Source: a virus | IMG/VR virus record: IMGVR_UViG_3300014208_001418 | Direction: 5' to 3' (one strand) | DNA: 30,150 nt | Shown: positions 1-8,870 of the stretch, in pieces | Layout of the letters: each line of letters opens with the position of its first letter | How positions within the stretch are numbered: the stretch's first letter is position 1 | Notes under the pieces: generated by a model | Seen by the model: only the letters and a program-made list of their open reading frames with translations | Database searches by the model: none | What the model was told of the DNA's origin: nothing | Position numbers and translations under genes: made by a program

Positions 1-3
1 AAC

Positions 4-321
4 ATGTCAAGAAAAATATCAGGATACAAATTCGCACCTCATAATTTAGCAAGAATTCCTAAAGTAGTCCCCCTTCTTCAGCAACGCCTAAGCATTCCTG
101 AAATAACAAAGCAAACTGGAGTATCTTCAAGTATAATCTATCGAATACGTGAATGCTTACGCTTAGGCATCATTGAAGAAATCCTCACTCCCAAGCCTGA
201 ACAATACTGTATATGCAACAGACCTTTATCAGAAAATGGTATCTGCTGGGCATGTGAACGCAAAGATTTATCAACAGAATACAGAAAACGGCAACTCAAA
301 CTCAATTCAAATTCAAACTAA
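4..321 (+). CDS. Small HTH protein with C-terminal Cys cluster (putative transcription regulator)
   Basis: LSIPEITKQTGVSSSIIYRIR is HTH-like; CICNRPLSENGICWAC is a CxC..CxxC Zn-ribbon pattern; stop lies just before the helicase ATG at 323. Confidence 0.6.
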   Translation: MSRKISGYKFAPHNLARIPKVVPLLQQRLSIPEITKQTGVSSSIIYRIRECLRLGIIEEILTPKPEQYCICNRPLSENGICWACERKDLSTEYRKRQLKLNSNSN

Positions 322-322
322 C

Positions 323-3300
323 ATGACAATACAATCCTATTTTCCAGAAAAAACATATTTCCCTTTCCAGAAAGAAGCTATTGATAGCATATATCAAGCT
401 TTTCTTTCAGGCTCTGAAATCGTTATGTGTGAATCTCCTCCCGGCACAGGGAAAACCGTCATAGCCAAAACATTCTCTAATTTCTTTCACAAAACCTTCA
501 TCCTAACATCTTCAAAAGGATTGCAAAAACAATACATCACTAAATACGATGATATAGCTAAAATCGATGGCTCTCGTAACCATTTCTGCGAACTCCTCCC
601 ATCAAAGCGCAAATCTGAAGTCGATTGCAATAACATAAGAGTTCCTTCCAAGTCCTGTTACCTTTGCCCAAAAAACAAAGAGATTTCCTGTCCAACCTGC
701 GAAAATCGCCCATCACGCCAAGTCTGCACCCATAAACCCTTACGTCCTGAAGGAAGACTCGAATATACCTTTTCCGAGCTTTGCGATTATTGGAAAAACA
801 AAATGACCGCAGTAGAATCTAAAATCTCTGTTCACAACTACGAATATCTCATAACTGAACTTAAATTCGTAGGCGACTTCAAATATTCCCGAAACGAATC
901 TAAAAATCCCGATTTACAGGACTGTTCAATAGGCATCTTTGATGAAGCCCACAATCTAGGCGTAAAAATACTCAACCAATACGATATAGAAATCTCTGAT
1001 ATGCTTCTCCGCATGTCTCTTATCGATGTTCCAAATCCAGCACTCTACACAACCAATGACTTATGGATGGGATGGATAAATGACCTAACATTCTCTTCAA
1101 TTCCAAAAATACTAAAAAGTCTTGAAGATGAACTTGTCTCTTCCACTATTAAAATCCAGCGAGAAAAAGACATAGTAGAAATCAAAGAATATCTCTCTGA
1201 CCTAAAATACAAGTGCCTAACCCTTATAAAATACTATAAAGTAAACAAGAGCATGTGGTTATTCGAACCCAAAACCTACGCAGACGGAACCTTTCACTCC
1301 CTAAAAGTCCTTCCAATTATCGTAGCCCCCTTCGTAGAAGAATCCCTCTTTCAATACTTCGACAAAAAACTCCTACTCTCCTCAACCCTCCTCAATCCAC
1401 ACATCATAAAAAATGACTTAGGTTTAGCAGGTCGTAAAATCAACTATGTCTCCGTTCCCTGTCCATTCCCTGTCGATCATCGTCTCATCTATCCCTTAAA
1501 CATCTCTCCCTTTGACTTCGATAATCAAGAAGCCAATCTCCCTCGTATGGTTCAAGCCATCGAAATAATCCTAGACCTCTTCCCCACAAAAAAAGGGATA
1601 ATTCATTGTTACGATGAAAAAACAAGAGTATTGACTAAAACAGGATTTAAGTTTTTCAAAGATGTTTTATTAACTGACGAGATAGCGACTCTCAATAAAC
1701 AAGGACTATTAGAATATCAAAAACCTATTAATGTTTATAATTATCCATATAACGGAGACATGATAAATATAAAAAATCAGTATATAGACTTATCAGTAAC
1801 TCCTAATCATAATATGTTTGTCAATACATTCAATATGAAGGGTGCAGGAACTTATCAAACAGAAGGTTTAACCAATATGTATGATAGCTGGGTTTTTAGG
1901 ACTGCTGAAGAGTTAATGAATGGTACTAGAATACATGGAAAAAAAATAGCACGAAAGTTTGCGATCAATAAAGTATGCGAATGGAAAGGAAAAGAAATAG
2001 ATTTTTGGGAAATTGATGGGGAGCATGGTCGCAATAGAATTACTGAAAACGAAACTGTCATATCTAAACGTGAACTATCAAAATCTAATGTTTATCTTTC
2101 TCCCCCTAAATTAGTGAAAAATGGAGTAACAAAAAAACGCATCCCTATAAATGCATGGATGGACTTTTTAGGATGGTATATAGCTGAAGGATATACTTAT
2201 TATGATGAGAAAAAGTGTATTTATCGAGTAAGTATTAGTCAGAAAAATATAAGAAAAACTGAAATACCAAATATTGTAAAATCAATGGGGTATGAATGTT
2301 ATATACGAGAGCAAAAAAGTTATCAAACATGTGATGACTTAATAATTTCTAATAAAAACTTGGCAAAATACTTAATAGAAAATTTTGGGAAAGATTGTTA
2401 CAGTAAACAACTTACTCCTGAAATACTTAATCTTAGTTCTGATCTATTAAAAAGATTTTTAACAACATTTATTGACGGAGATGGCAATAAAAAGATACGC
2501 ACAAAAGAAGAAAAATGGCAAGCATATACATCATCTGAAAAATTAAAAGATCAAATAGTTGAAATCGTACTTAAAATAGGATGGTCATCTAATGTTTGGC
2601 ATGTTGAAGCAAGAGAAGAATTACTTTCTATTAACGGTGTAACTTCTAAATCACAATGTAGAGAACGATGGATTATAGGAATAAATCGTTTTTTTAAACA
2701 TGGTATAGTAATTCAAAACTCTATAGCTAGACATACAAAAATCAAAGATATGAACAAAGTAGCATATACTGGAAATGTTGGGTGTGTCGAAGTTCCTAAT
2801 CATATTATATTTGTAGAACGAGAAGGGAAAAATGCATGGTGCGGTAATTCCAACTCCTATTATATAAACAAGTACATCCTCAAAAATATCCATTCACGTC
2901 ACTTCAATCGTATTATAACTCATCACGGAGAAGCTTCAAAATCTTATTATGATGCAATAATAGAACACAAATCCTCAAAATCTCCTTCCGTAATAATGAG
3001 CCCTTATTTAATAGAGGGGACCGATTTCCCAGGAGATCAGGCAGAGTTCCAAATATGTTGTAAGCTCTCCTATGACAACTTCGTAGACAATCCCCGCCTT
3101 AAAATTCGCAAACAGTTCGACCCTTTATATTACCAGTGGTTATGTTCAGTAAAAGAAATTCAGCGTACAGGTCGTCCTGTTCGTGGTATGGAGGATATCA
3201 GCCCCACCTTTCACCTTGACTCCCGTTTCCTTGGCTTTGTTGAAAAAAACAAAGACATCCTAATCCCAGCATGGTGGCAATCAGCAATAGTAAAACCCCC

Positions 3301-3352
3301 TCACAAATACTCATATATCCTAGACGAAATAAATCAAGTAGTAACTATATAA
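323..3352 (+). CDS. DinG/XPD(Rad3)-family SF2 DNA helicase, interrupted by an intein
   Basis: Q-motif (PFQKEAI), Walker A ESPPGTGKT, Cys-rich Fe-S region, IFDEAHN, motif III LSSTL, EGTDFPG, motif VI QRTGRPVR. ATG 323 is preferred over the ORF-track start at 173, which overlaps the upstream gene. Confidence 0.9.
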   Translation: MTIQSYFPEKTYFPFQKEAIDSIYQAFLSGSEIVMCESPPGTGKTVIAKTFSNFFHKTFILTSSKGLQKQYITKYDDIAKIDGSRNHFCELLPSKRKSEVDCNNIRVPSKSCYLCPKNKEISCPTCENRPSRQVCTHKPLRPEGRLEYTFSELCDYWKNKMTAVESKISVHNYEYLITELKFVGDFKYSRNESKNPDLQDCSIGIFDEAHNLGVKILNQYDIEISDMLLRMSLIDVPNPALYTTNDLWMGWINDLTFSSIPKILKSLEDELVSSTIKIQREKDIVEIKEYLSDLKYKCLTLIKYYKVNKSMWLFEPKTYADGTFHSLKVLPIIVAPFVEESLFQYFDKKLLLSSTLLNPHIIKNDLGLAGRKINYVSVPCPFPVDHRLIYPLNISPFDFDNQEANLPRMVQAIEIILDLFPTKKGIIHCYDEKTRVLTKTGFKFFKDVLLTDEIATLNKQGLLEYQKPINVYNYPYNGDMINIKNQYIDLSVTPNHNMFVNTFNMKGAGTYQTEGLTNMYDSWVFRTAEELMNGTRIHGKKIARKFAINKVCEWKGKEIDFWEIDGEHGRNRITENETVISKRELSKSNVYLSPPKLVKNGVTKKRIPINAWMDFLGWYIAEGYTYYDEKKCIYRVSISQKNIRKTEIPNIVKSMGYECYIREQKSYQTCDDLIISNKNLAKYLIENFGKDCYSKQLTPEILNLSSDLLKRFLTTFIDGDGNKKIRTKEEKWQAYTSSEKLKDQIVEIVLKIGWSSNVWHVEAREELLSINGVTSKSQCRERWIIGINRFFKHGIVIQNSIARHTKIKDMNKVAYTGNVGCVEVPNHIIFVEREGKNAWCGNSNSYYINKYILKNIHSRHFNRIITHHGEASKSYYDAIIEHKSSKSPSVIMSPYLIEGTDFPGDQAEFQICCKLSYDNFVDNPRLKIRKQFDPLYYQWLCSVKEIQRTGRPVRGMEDISPTFHLDSRFLGFVEKNKDILIPAWWQSAIVKPPHKYSYILDEINQVVTI
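1607..2848 (+). mobile_element. Intein (414 aa) with LAGLIDADG homing endonuclease
   Basis: Begins CYDEKTRVLTKTGFK, block B VTPNHNMFV, LAGLIDADG motifs FLGWYIAEG and FLTTFIDGDG, block F VGCVEVPNH, ends WCGN before +1 Ser. Excision restores KGIIH/SNSY. Composition turns purine-rich across this interval. Confidence 0.93.
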
Positions 3353-3370
3353 TAAAAGGTGAATAATAAA

Positions 3371-3628
3371 ATGGTAAACCTCAAACTAATAAAATGTGCT
3401 TTCAACAAACACTCGTATGGAAAAGAAATTAACGAAGAGCCCCTGAATCGAAGAGTTCGAATCTGTATCTACTGCTCTCACGTACTGGTAACAGTAAAAG
3501 ACATTCATGCACAGAAACAAAGGTGGCTAGAAAATTCAATCATTTCCGAAGTCAAAGATGGTAAGATATTCCATGCAAGACAAAATCTCAATGACCTGAT
3601 AAAATTTCACGGATACGATAAAAACTAA
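3371..3628 (+). CDS. Small hypothetical protein, possible metal-binding (C..H / CxxC)
   Basis: ATG at 3371 preceded by AGGTGA; CAFNKH and CIYCSH motifs. Confidence 0.55.
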   Translation: MVNLKLIKCAFNKHSYGKEINEEPLNRRVRICIYCSHVLVTVKDIHAQKQRWLENSIISEVKDGKIFHARQNLNDLIKFHGYDKN

Positions 3629-3789
3629 TGGAGAAAAGTAAGATCAACATGGAAATTAATTCAAAAAATCGATTTAAAACTGAAAAAAGTTGTGGATCAT
3701 GCTCCAATTTTAAGATGGCTACAGTTGGAGAACCTTGTCTTTCGTGCAAACCTGTATTTGGCGGTACGTGGTCAAATTATCAAGCATAA
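3628..3789 (+). CDS. 53-aa CxxC..CxxC microprotein (not in ORF track)
   Basis: TAATG overlap with previous stop; translates MEKSKINMEINSKNRFKTEKSCGSCSNFKMATVGEPCLSCKPVFGGTWSNYQA. Confidence 0.55.
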   Translation: MEKSKINMEINSKNRFKTEKSCGSCSNFKMATVGEPCLSCKPVFGGTWSNYQA

Positions 3790-3815
3790 ACTAAAAAAGA
3801 GCTGATAAGAGAACC

Positions 3816-3840
3816 CTTAAATACTAACAAGTAGTAGTAG
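3816..3840 (+). promoter_or_regulatory. TATA box + GTA-box promoter (copy 1)
   Basis: CTTAAATAC-taaca-AGTAGTAGTAG, ATG 32 nt after the TATA start. Confidence 0.75.
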
Positions 3841-3847
3841 CACTATT

Positions 3848-4021
3848 ATGTTTACAAAACAAGAATTGTTTGTCATCCGAAAAGCATTAGATGCTTTTTA
3901 TGACGACAAAACTCCTGAAAAAGAGCATCATCTCGTAATGTCTATCAGAGATAAATGCACAGACCTAATTATCCTAAAAACGAATTGGAACAAAAAACAA
4001 AATCTTTGTGACATACTATGA
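3848..4021 (+). CDS. 57-aa hypothetical protein (not in ORF track), probably leaderless
   Basis: MFTKQELFVIRKALDAFYDD...LCDIL; directly after the promoter; ATGA overlap with the RFC-like gene. Confidence 0.6.
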   Translation: MFTKQELFVIRKALDAFYDDKTPEKEHHLVMSIRDKCTDLIILKTNWNKKQNLCDIL

Positions 4022-5313
4022 ATAACGATATGTGGACAGTCAAACACAAACCAACTTCCTTCAACACAATAAAAGGTAATGGAGAAAATATCAAAAAAGC
4101 AATCAACTGGATAAACACATTCGCATCATCAAAACCAGATAGAAGATTGCTTTTATTATCAGGAGTCCCAGGCACAGGAAAAACTCTTCTTGCTCAAACG
4201 CTAGCAACATCAGGCTCTATTGAATACGTTCATATTAACTGCTCTGCATCTCGCTCTTTTGACGAACTCCGCAATTTAATCCTACCCTACATAGATTCAA
4301 CGGGCATAGAATACACGACAAGAGTAATAGTCCTCCTTGACGAAATCGATGGACAACCCAAAAACTCCCCGATCTGGAAATTCCTCTCTGATAAAGTCCT
4401 CCCCTTTATAACTAATCCTTTTATCGCCACCTGTAATGCCTTATACGAAATTCCAAAAGACTTTCAAGAACATCATTGTAACATCCTATTATTCCGTCGT
4501 CAGTACCACAGTACTATTCGTAATCATCTCCTTGAAATCGCTATGAAAGAAGGCTTTAAGTTAACTACTCAAGAAGCTGACGATCTCGTCTTAGAAGGCG
4601 ATATGCGAGCTTCTATAACAGCTCTGCAAATATACTGCATGTCGGGATTTAAAATCCCACAGCTCCTTCAACATCGAAGCGTATGGACTGAAACTCGTGA
4701 TGCTTTAACTCATAATATCTCAATCCTACCCGATCTCCCTCCCCTAAAAATGCTCGAATTCATCGAAGAGAACGGCAAGCACCGCGTAACAGGCGTAGAC
4801 CGTTACCACTTCTATAACATGATAAATTACGTCTCCTCCCTAATCTCCTCCTACAACGAAGAAGACGCCCTCTTACTCCTTGGGATGATCTCCTGTTCAA
4901 TGACATATCCTCAGCTCCAGCCTGACGAAGACTCTCCATACGTCAAAATCCACGAACCCTCTATCAGCACAAAATTCTTCCTAACCCGAAACCTTCACAA
5001 AACAATCTCCAACCTCTCTCTAAAAATCTGTCCTGATTATCTAACCTCCTCCATTGATTTCTTCGAAAACATCTTCCCTATCCTCCAATATCAATCAATC
5101 AACGATCTCTCATATGCTCGTTCTCTAGTCCTAAAATATTCCCTCGAAAAAGACGAAATAGCCATTCTCCTCGATTCCACTACTAACGACCCCCGAATCA
5201 ACAAGCTCCTAACACCCGACAAATCCCTCACAACCCTCATTCATATTCCCGATAAAATATCACCACCTCTCTCACAAACAGAAACTCTTCCAGAACAGGA
5301 GATGTTCGCATGA
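4018..5313 (+). CDS. rfcL: Replication factor C large-subunit-like clamp loader AAA+ ATPase
   Basis: WTVKHKP (RFC box II), GVPGTGKT, INCSASR, LLDEIDG, PFIATCN, GDMRASITALQ; no SRC motif, as expected for large subunits. Confidence 0.85.
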   Translation: MNNDMWTVKHKPTSFNTIKGNGENIKKAINWINTFASSKPDRRLLLLSGVPGTGKTLLAQTLATSGSIEYVHINCSASRSFDELRNLILPYIDSTGIEYTTRVIVLLDEIDGQPKNSPIWKFLSDKVLPFITNPFIATCNALYEIPKDFQEHHCNILLFRRQYHSTIRNHLLEIAMKEGFKLTTQEADDLVLEGDMRASITALQIYCMSGFKIPQLLQHRSVWTETRDALTHNISILPDLPPLKMLEFIEENGKHRVTGVDRYHFYNMINYVSSLISSYNEEDALLLLGMISCSMTYPQLQPDEDSPYVKIHEPSISTKFFLTRNLHKTISNLSLKICPDYLTSSIDFFENIFPILQYQSINDLSYARSLVLKYSLEKDEIAILLDSTTNDPRINKLLTPDKSLTTLIHIPDKISPPLSQTETLPEQEMFA

Positions 5314-5900
5314 AAACCTTCGATAACGACCTAAACAAAGTCAACCCAAAATTAACTAAAAAAATGGAATCAATCCTAATCGCTCTCGGAATCGACACAA
5401 AATCCGATCACTTCAAAGACACACCCAAACGTTTCATAAAAGCATTAATGGACGCCACTGAATACAAACGTACTCCCGAACCCCGTTTCACCCTATTCCC
5501 AAATAAAGAAAACGTGTCTGGTATCGTGATGCTTAAAAAACTGCGTGTGGTATCCCTATGCTCACACCACTTATTTCCTTGGACTGGGTACGTAACGGTA
5601 GCTTACATTCCACGCAATTTCTTGATAGGAGCCTCAAAGTTCTCCCGCATTATCGATTGGATGAGTGCTTTCCCTAGTGCCCAAGAAATCTTCACTGAGC
5701 AACTTGCCGAATATATCCAAGCAAAAGCTGATCCAATAGGTCTCATGGTAGTGAGCGAAGCCACCCACACTTGCATGGTAGCTCGTGGTGCTAACGAAGA
5801 GAACTCCACACTTACTTATTCTGCTGTGCGTGGTGTCATGTGTGAACCCAAAAATCCTCGTGAAGAAGCTTTAAGCCTATTAAAAATCAAAGTAGGCTAA
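5310..5900 (+). CDS. folE: GTP cyclohydrolase I
   Basis: DTPKRF, SLCSHHLFPWTG, GASKFSRII, AQE, HTCMVARG (Zn ligands C/H/C present). Confidence 0.93.
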   Translation: MKTFDNDLNKVNPKLTKKMESILIALGIDTKSDHFKDTPKRFIKALMDATEYKRTPEPRFTLFPNKENVSGIVMLKKLRVVSLCSHHLFPWTGYVTVAYIPRNFLIGASKFSRIIDWMSAFPSAQEIFTEQLAEYIQAKADPIGLMVVSEATHTCMVARGANEENSTLTYSAVRGVMCEPKNPREEALSLLKIKVG

Positions 5901-6076
5901 AACCTTTTCAGCATCAAAATTTCTTTATTTTTCAATATTTTAAACACGATGAGGCAAAACATCATTTTTCATAACTATTTTCATGATTTTTTTATATACT
6001 GGAAAGACTACAAATAATCTTATTTTTCGCCATCTTTACCCTCACTTCTCTATCAGCAATTCTTTAAAAGCAAATC

Positions 6077-6100
6077 TTTATATACAATGTAGTAGTAGTA
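6077..6100 (+). promoter_or_regulatory. TATA box + GTA-box promoter (copy 2)
   Basis: TTTATATAC-aatgt-AGTAGTAGTA. Confidence 0.75.
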
Positions 6101-6130
6101 ATAATGCTTACAAAAAAGCAAGGTGTAAAT

Positions 6131-6412
6131 ATGACAAAGAAAAATTCAATATCAGACGAAGATAGAAAAACATTTGATGAAACGCTTGATAGCTATATGA
6201 AAGAGAACTTTTTCACAAGAGAATCTAACGAAGTAGAGAAGGTAGAATACTCTCGTGCAGATGCTTTGATGCTTATTGAAACAATAATAATGCAGGGACA
6301 TATCGATATAATCGAAAAAGCACTCGCTGAAGAAGAACTAGGCGTTGATGATAGTGATCCTGAACACATGAAGTTCGTTGAAATACTCAAAAACAACTAT
6401 CCTATACGATAG
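6131..6412 (+). CDS. Small acidic hypothetical protein
   Basis: Open frame from 6104; ATG 6131 has an AGGTG RBS; followed by an oligo-T tract. Confidence 0.7.
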   Translation: MTKKNSISDEDRKTFDETLDSYMKENFFTRESNEVEKVEYSRADALMLIETIIMQGHIDIIEKALAEEELGVDDSDPEHMKFVEILKNNYPIR

Positions 6413-6434
6413 TTCTTTTTTTTTTCTTCTTTTC
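6413..6434 (+). terminator. Archaeal oligo-T terminator
   Basis: T-tract right after the stop; similar tracts at about 8878, 15110 and 18920. Confidence 0.55.
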
Positions 6435-6468
6435 ATTCAATAAAATATATTTCTCTCACATCACAATC

Positions 6469-6493
6469 TTTAAATACTTTGAAGTAGTAGTAG
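6469..6493 (+). promoter_or_regulatory. TATA box + GTA-box promoter (copy 3)
   Basis: TTTAAATAC-tttga-AGTAGTAGTAG, ATG 32 nt after the TATA start. Confidence 0.75.
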
Positions 6494-6500
6494 CAATCAT

Positions 6501-7043
6501 ATGATTATAGGAAAAATAGACGGAATTTCTATCCATTCATCTTTACTTGACAAGATCAATTTAGAATGCATAAAAGCAAAATGTCCTAGCCATCAATGTT
6601 GTTGTGCTAAAGTGCAGCTCACGAAAGCTGACATAGACAAAATACAATCTGTATTTCCCAGGATAAAATCTTCGCTTCCTCCCTCTCTTCCCCCCTTCAT
6701 GCTCTTGGGAGATTTCTACGATAGCAATCATCATATTAACATGCTCAGCTCTACAGAACATCCATGGACTACCTGCATGTTTTTCCAGAACAATCAATGC
6801 TTGCTCGAAAAAGTCGAAGCCCTTCCTATCCAATGCAAAACATTTCCTCTGATCCTCGAAAACGACATTCTTCGCATCTCAACTGAAGACCTCGACTGCC
6901 TCAAAGAAGGCACCACTCCAGCCTTTAAACTCCTAAAGCGAGAAATCATTCAGCTCACTGACGAAGTTTTCTACAACAAGCTCAACACCCTCCTCTCCCA
7001 ACCCGAAACCCAACAAAAATATCTCCATTACAAAATGAGGTAA
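6501..7043 (+). CDS. YkgJ/DUF3109-like cysteine-cluster protein (candidate DpdM-type modifier)
   Basis: ECIKAKCPSHQCCC..LTKADI, TCMFF..CLLE, PIQCKTFP match the CxxCxxCC/YkgJ Cys pattern; same operon as the TGT-like gene. Confidence 0.7.
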   Translation: MIIGKIDGISIHSSLLDKINLECIKAKCPSHQCCCAKVQLTKADIDKIQSVFPRIKSSLPPSLPPFMLLGDFYDSNHHINMLSSTEHPWTTCMFFQNNQCLLEKVEALPIQCKTFPLILENDILRISTEDLDCLKEGTTPAFKLLKREIIQLTDEVFYNKLNTLLSQPETQQKYLHYKMR

Positions 7044-7050
7044 CTATCAG

Positions 7051-7224
7051 ATGAATTCGACAACAACCTTGTCAATATGGAATACATGTAAAGGCTATAA
7101 ACATTTCTGGTCATCATACCTTTACATGATAACCCATCCTCGTAAATGCCTTAAAATGATCCAATTCGCTTCAAAAGTCCTAGTCTATAACGGCATTCCC
7201 AAAGAAATTCAAAAGGAGATGTAA
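7051..7224 (+). CDS. 57-aa hypothetical protein (not in ORF track)
   Basis: Open frame MNSTTTLSIWNTCKGYKHFW...IQKEM fills the gap between the two flanking genes. Confidence 0.5.
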   Translation: MNSTTTLSIWNTCKGYKHFWSSYLYMITHPRKCLKMIQFASKVLVYNGIPKEIQKEM

Positions 7225-7225
7225 A

Positions 7226-8488
7226 GTGCCTTTTAAATTAGTCCCCGCTATTTCCGAACAAGTCCAGAATGTTTTGATCCGTAATAAAGATACGTTAAAT
7301 GATCATGCTCTCGATTGGTGGCAAAAAAGCTCTCTTTTCGAAATAGATAGTGCATTATTGAGTGCATATTATCTCTATATGCGTTGTGGAGATGATTTCA
7401 ACAATTTCAGGCAACAAATAAACTTTCCTTCTGATAAATTATTCATAATAGACTCAGGCGGGTACGAAATCCTCAGCAGGCAGAACACCACTGACAAATC
7501 TCATCTTCAAGTCCTCAAAAACCTTGATCAGCTCAAAGTTCTGCGAATCCAAGAAGCCGTAGCTGACATCGGTTTTATCCTAGATCGTCCTCCATTCATC
7601 ACAACAGTAAACGAAGATGGTTCAAAAGAATTCCTAATCCACAAACAAGACTTCTTCGATTCAGCTAAAGAATTCACAGCTAACAACACTCACATAGCCT
7701 TAGCAAATCGTTCTCCCAATTCCAAACTAAAGCTGTACGGAGTTCTCCAAGGGTATGAGCATTCTCATCTCGAAGATTGGTATAACACAATGAAACAGTA
7801 CCCAGTAGATGGATGGGCATTAGCACCAAAACCTCTTGGAGATTATTTCAATCTCGCCATGTACATTTCTTTTGTCCTTGAACGAGGCATCACAGTTCCC
7901 CTCCATTTCCTCGGTTCAACTAACTTCAACTGCCTAGCCCTAATTATATACCTCTTACGCAAAGATAAAAACAATATCCCCTATTATCCCTCTCTGCTCA
8001 CAGCCGACTCAACATCTCACGATACAGGAGCTAAATATCGCCGATACAACATAAACGGTTCCTACCAAATAATAATCGGTCAGATAGAAGACGTGTACGA
8101 ACAGGACCTTCTTACAGGTCGCATGATCCTCAAAACAGCAAAGAACTCCCAAACAATCCCACTTGACTCCCTTCCCTGTGACTGCCCAATCTGCCAAAAC
8201 ACCACACCCGATATCATGCGTTCAGCTTCAAATACAGGTTCCATAGCTGTTTCCCTTCACAATCTATATCTTCAAAAATCAACAGTAAAAATCCTCACTT
8301 CCCTCATAGCCCATCCCGAAACCTACAAAGATTACGTCCTTTCCTCAATCAAAAACAAATCCGTAGCATCCGACATCTCCCGCTTTTTCACCTTAATCGA
8401 TGACATAATCGCCTATAAGCGTAACTACACAACCACAAAAACTTCTTGGCTCGAAGAAACAACAGAAGCTCAGGACCTATTCGCTTAA
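7226..8488 (+). CDS. TGT-fold guanine transglycosylase, DpdA-like (likely DNA-targeting)
   Basis: IDSGGYE (catalytic Asp), ILDRPP, GVLQG, LHFLG, ADS (second Asp), Zn site CDCPIC-x21-HN; no C-terminal PUA region; GTG start with GGAG RBS. Confidence 0.85.
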   Translation: MPFKLVPAISEQVQNVLIRNKDTLNDHALDWWQKSSLFEIDSALLSAYYLYMRCGDDFNNFRQQINFPSDKLFIIDSGGYEILSRQNTTDKSHLQVLKNLDQLKVLRIQEAVADIGFILDRPPFITTVNEDGSKEFLIHKQDFFDSAKEFTANNTHIALANRSPNSKLKLYGVLQGYEHSHLEDWYNTMKQYPVDGWALAPKPLGDYFNLAMYISFVLERGITVPLHFLGSTNFNCLALIIYLLRKDKNNIPYYPSLLTADSTSHDTGAKYRRYNINGSYQIIIGQIEDVYEQDLLTGRMILKTAKNSQTIPLDSLPCDCPICQNTTPDIMRSASNTGSIAVSLHNLYLQKSTVKILTSLIAHPETYKDYVLSSIKNKSVASDISRFFTLIDDIIAYKRNYTTTKTSWLEETTEAQDLFA

Positions 8489-8492
8489 TACA

Positions 8493-8870
8493 ATGACTAG
8501 AAACGAAATCATTCTCTCTAATAAAATCAATTTCTCTGACATTACTTCTGGAAAAATAGATCACATCATACGTATCGGAGAAAAGAACAAATGGACTCCC
8601 AGCTCTGTCTTTTGTCTCAAATCCTCTCACACCTCTCACGATCACATCCCAATATCCATCCTTTCCTCTGAAAAAATACCCGTATCCCAAATCTCCTCAT
8701 CTCTCCTAATTCGTTGTGGTTACAATTCCCAATCCCATTTTCAAACTCAATGGGAAGATTGGTTCCAAACATGGGACGACACCTCAACAGCATGGCTAAT
8801 CCATTTCGAACTTCACACACCCCTCAAAGACGCAATAACTCCCGAAGATTTCGCTGAATTATTTGCGTAA
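8493..8870 (+). CDS. ASCH/PUA-like domain protein
   Basis: FSDITSGKIDHIIR (variant of the GxKxxxxR motif), CGYNSQSHFQTQW, AWLIHFEL follow the ASCH pattern. Confidence 0.6.
   Translation: MTRNEIILSNKINFSDITSGKIDHIIRIGEKNKWTPSSVFCLKSSHTSHDHIPISILSSEKIPVSQISSSLLIRCGYNSQSHFQTQWEDWFQTWDDTSTAWLIHFELHTPLKDAITPEDFAELFA

Noticed and set aside
173-322. ORF-track N-terminal extension of the helicase
   Set aside because: TTG start inside the upstream gene; helicase motifs start right after ATG 323
5983-6165. 60-aa ORF
   Set aside because: Runs through an AT-rich intergenic region and promoter copy 2, with no recognisable features
7226-8488. Canonical archaeosine tRNA-guanine transglycosylase
   Set aside because: No C-terminal PUA-containing region and a replication-gene context; a tRNA target is disfavoured but not excluded
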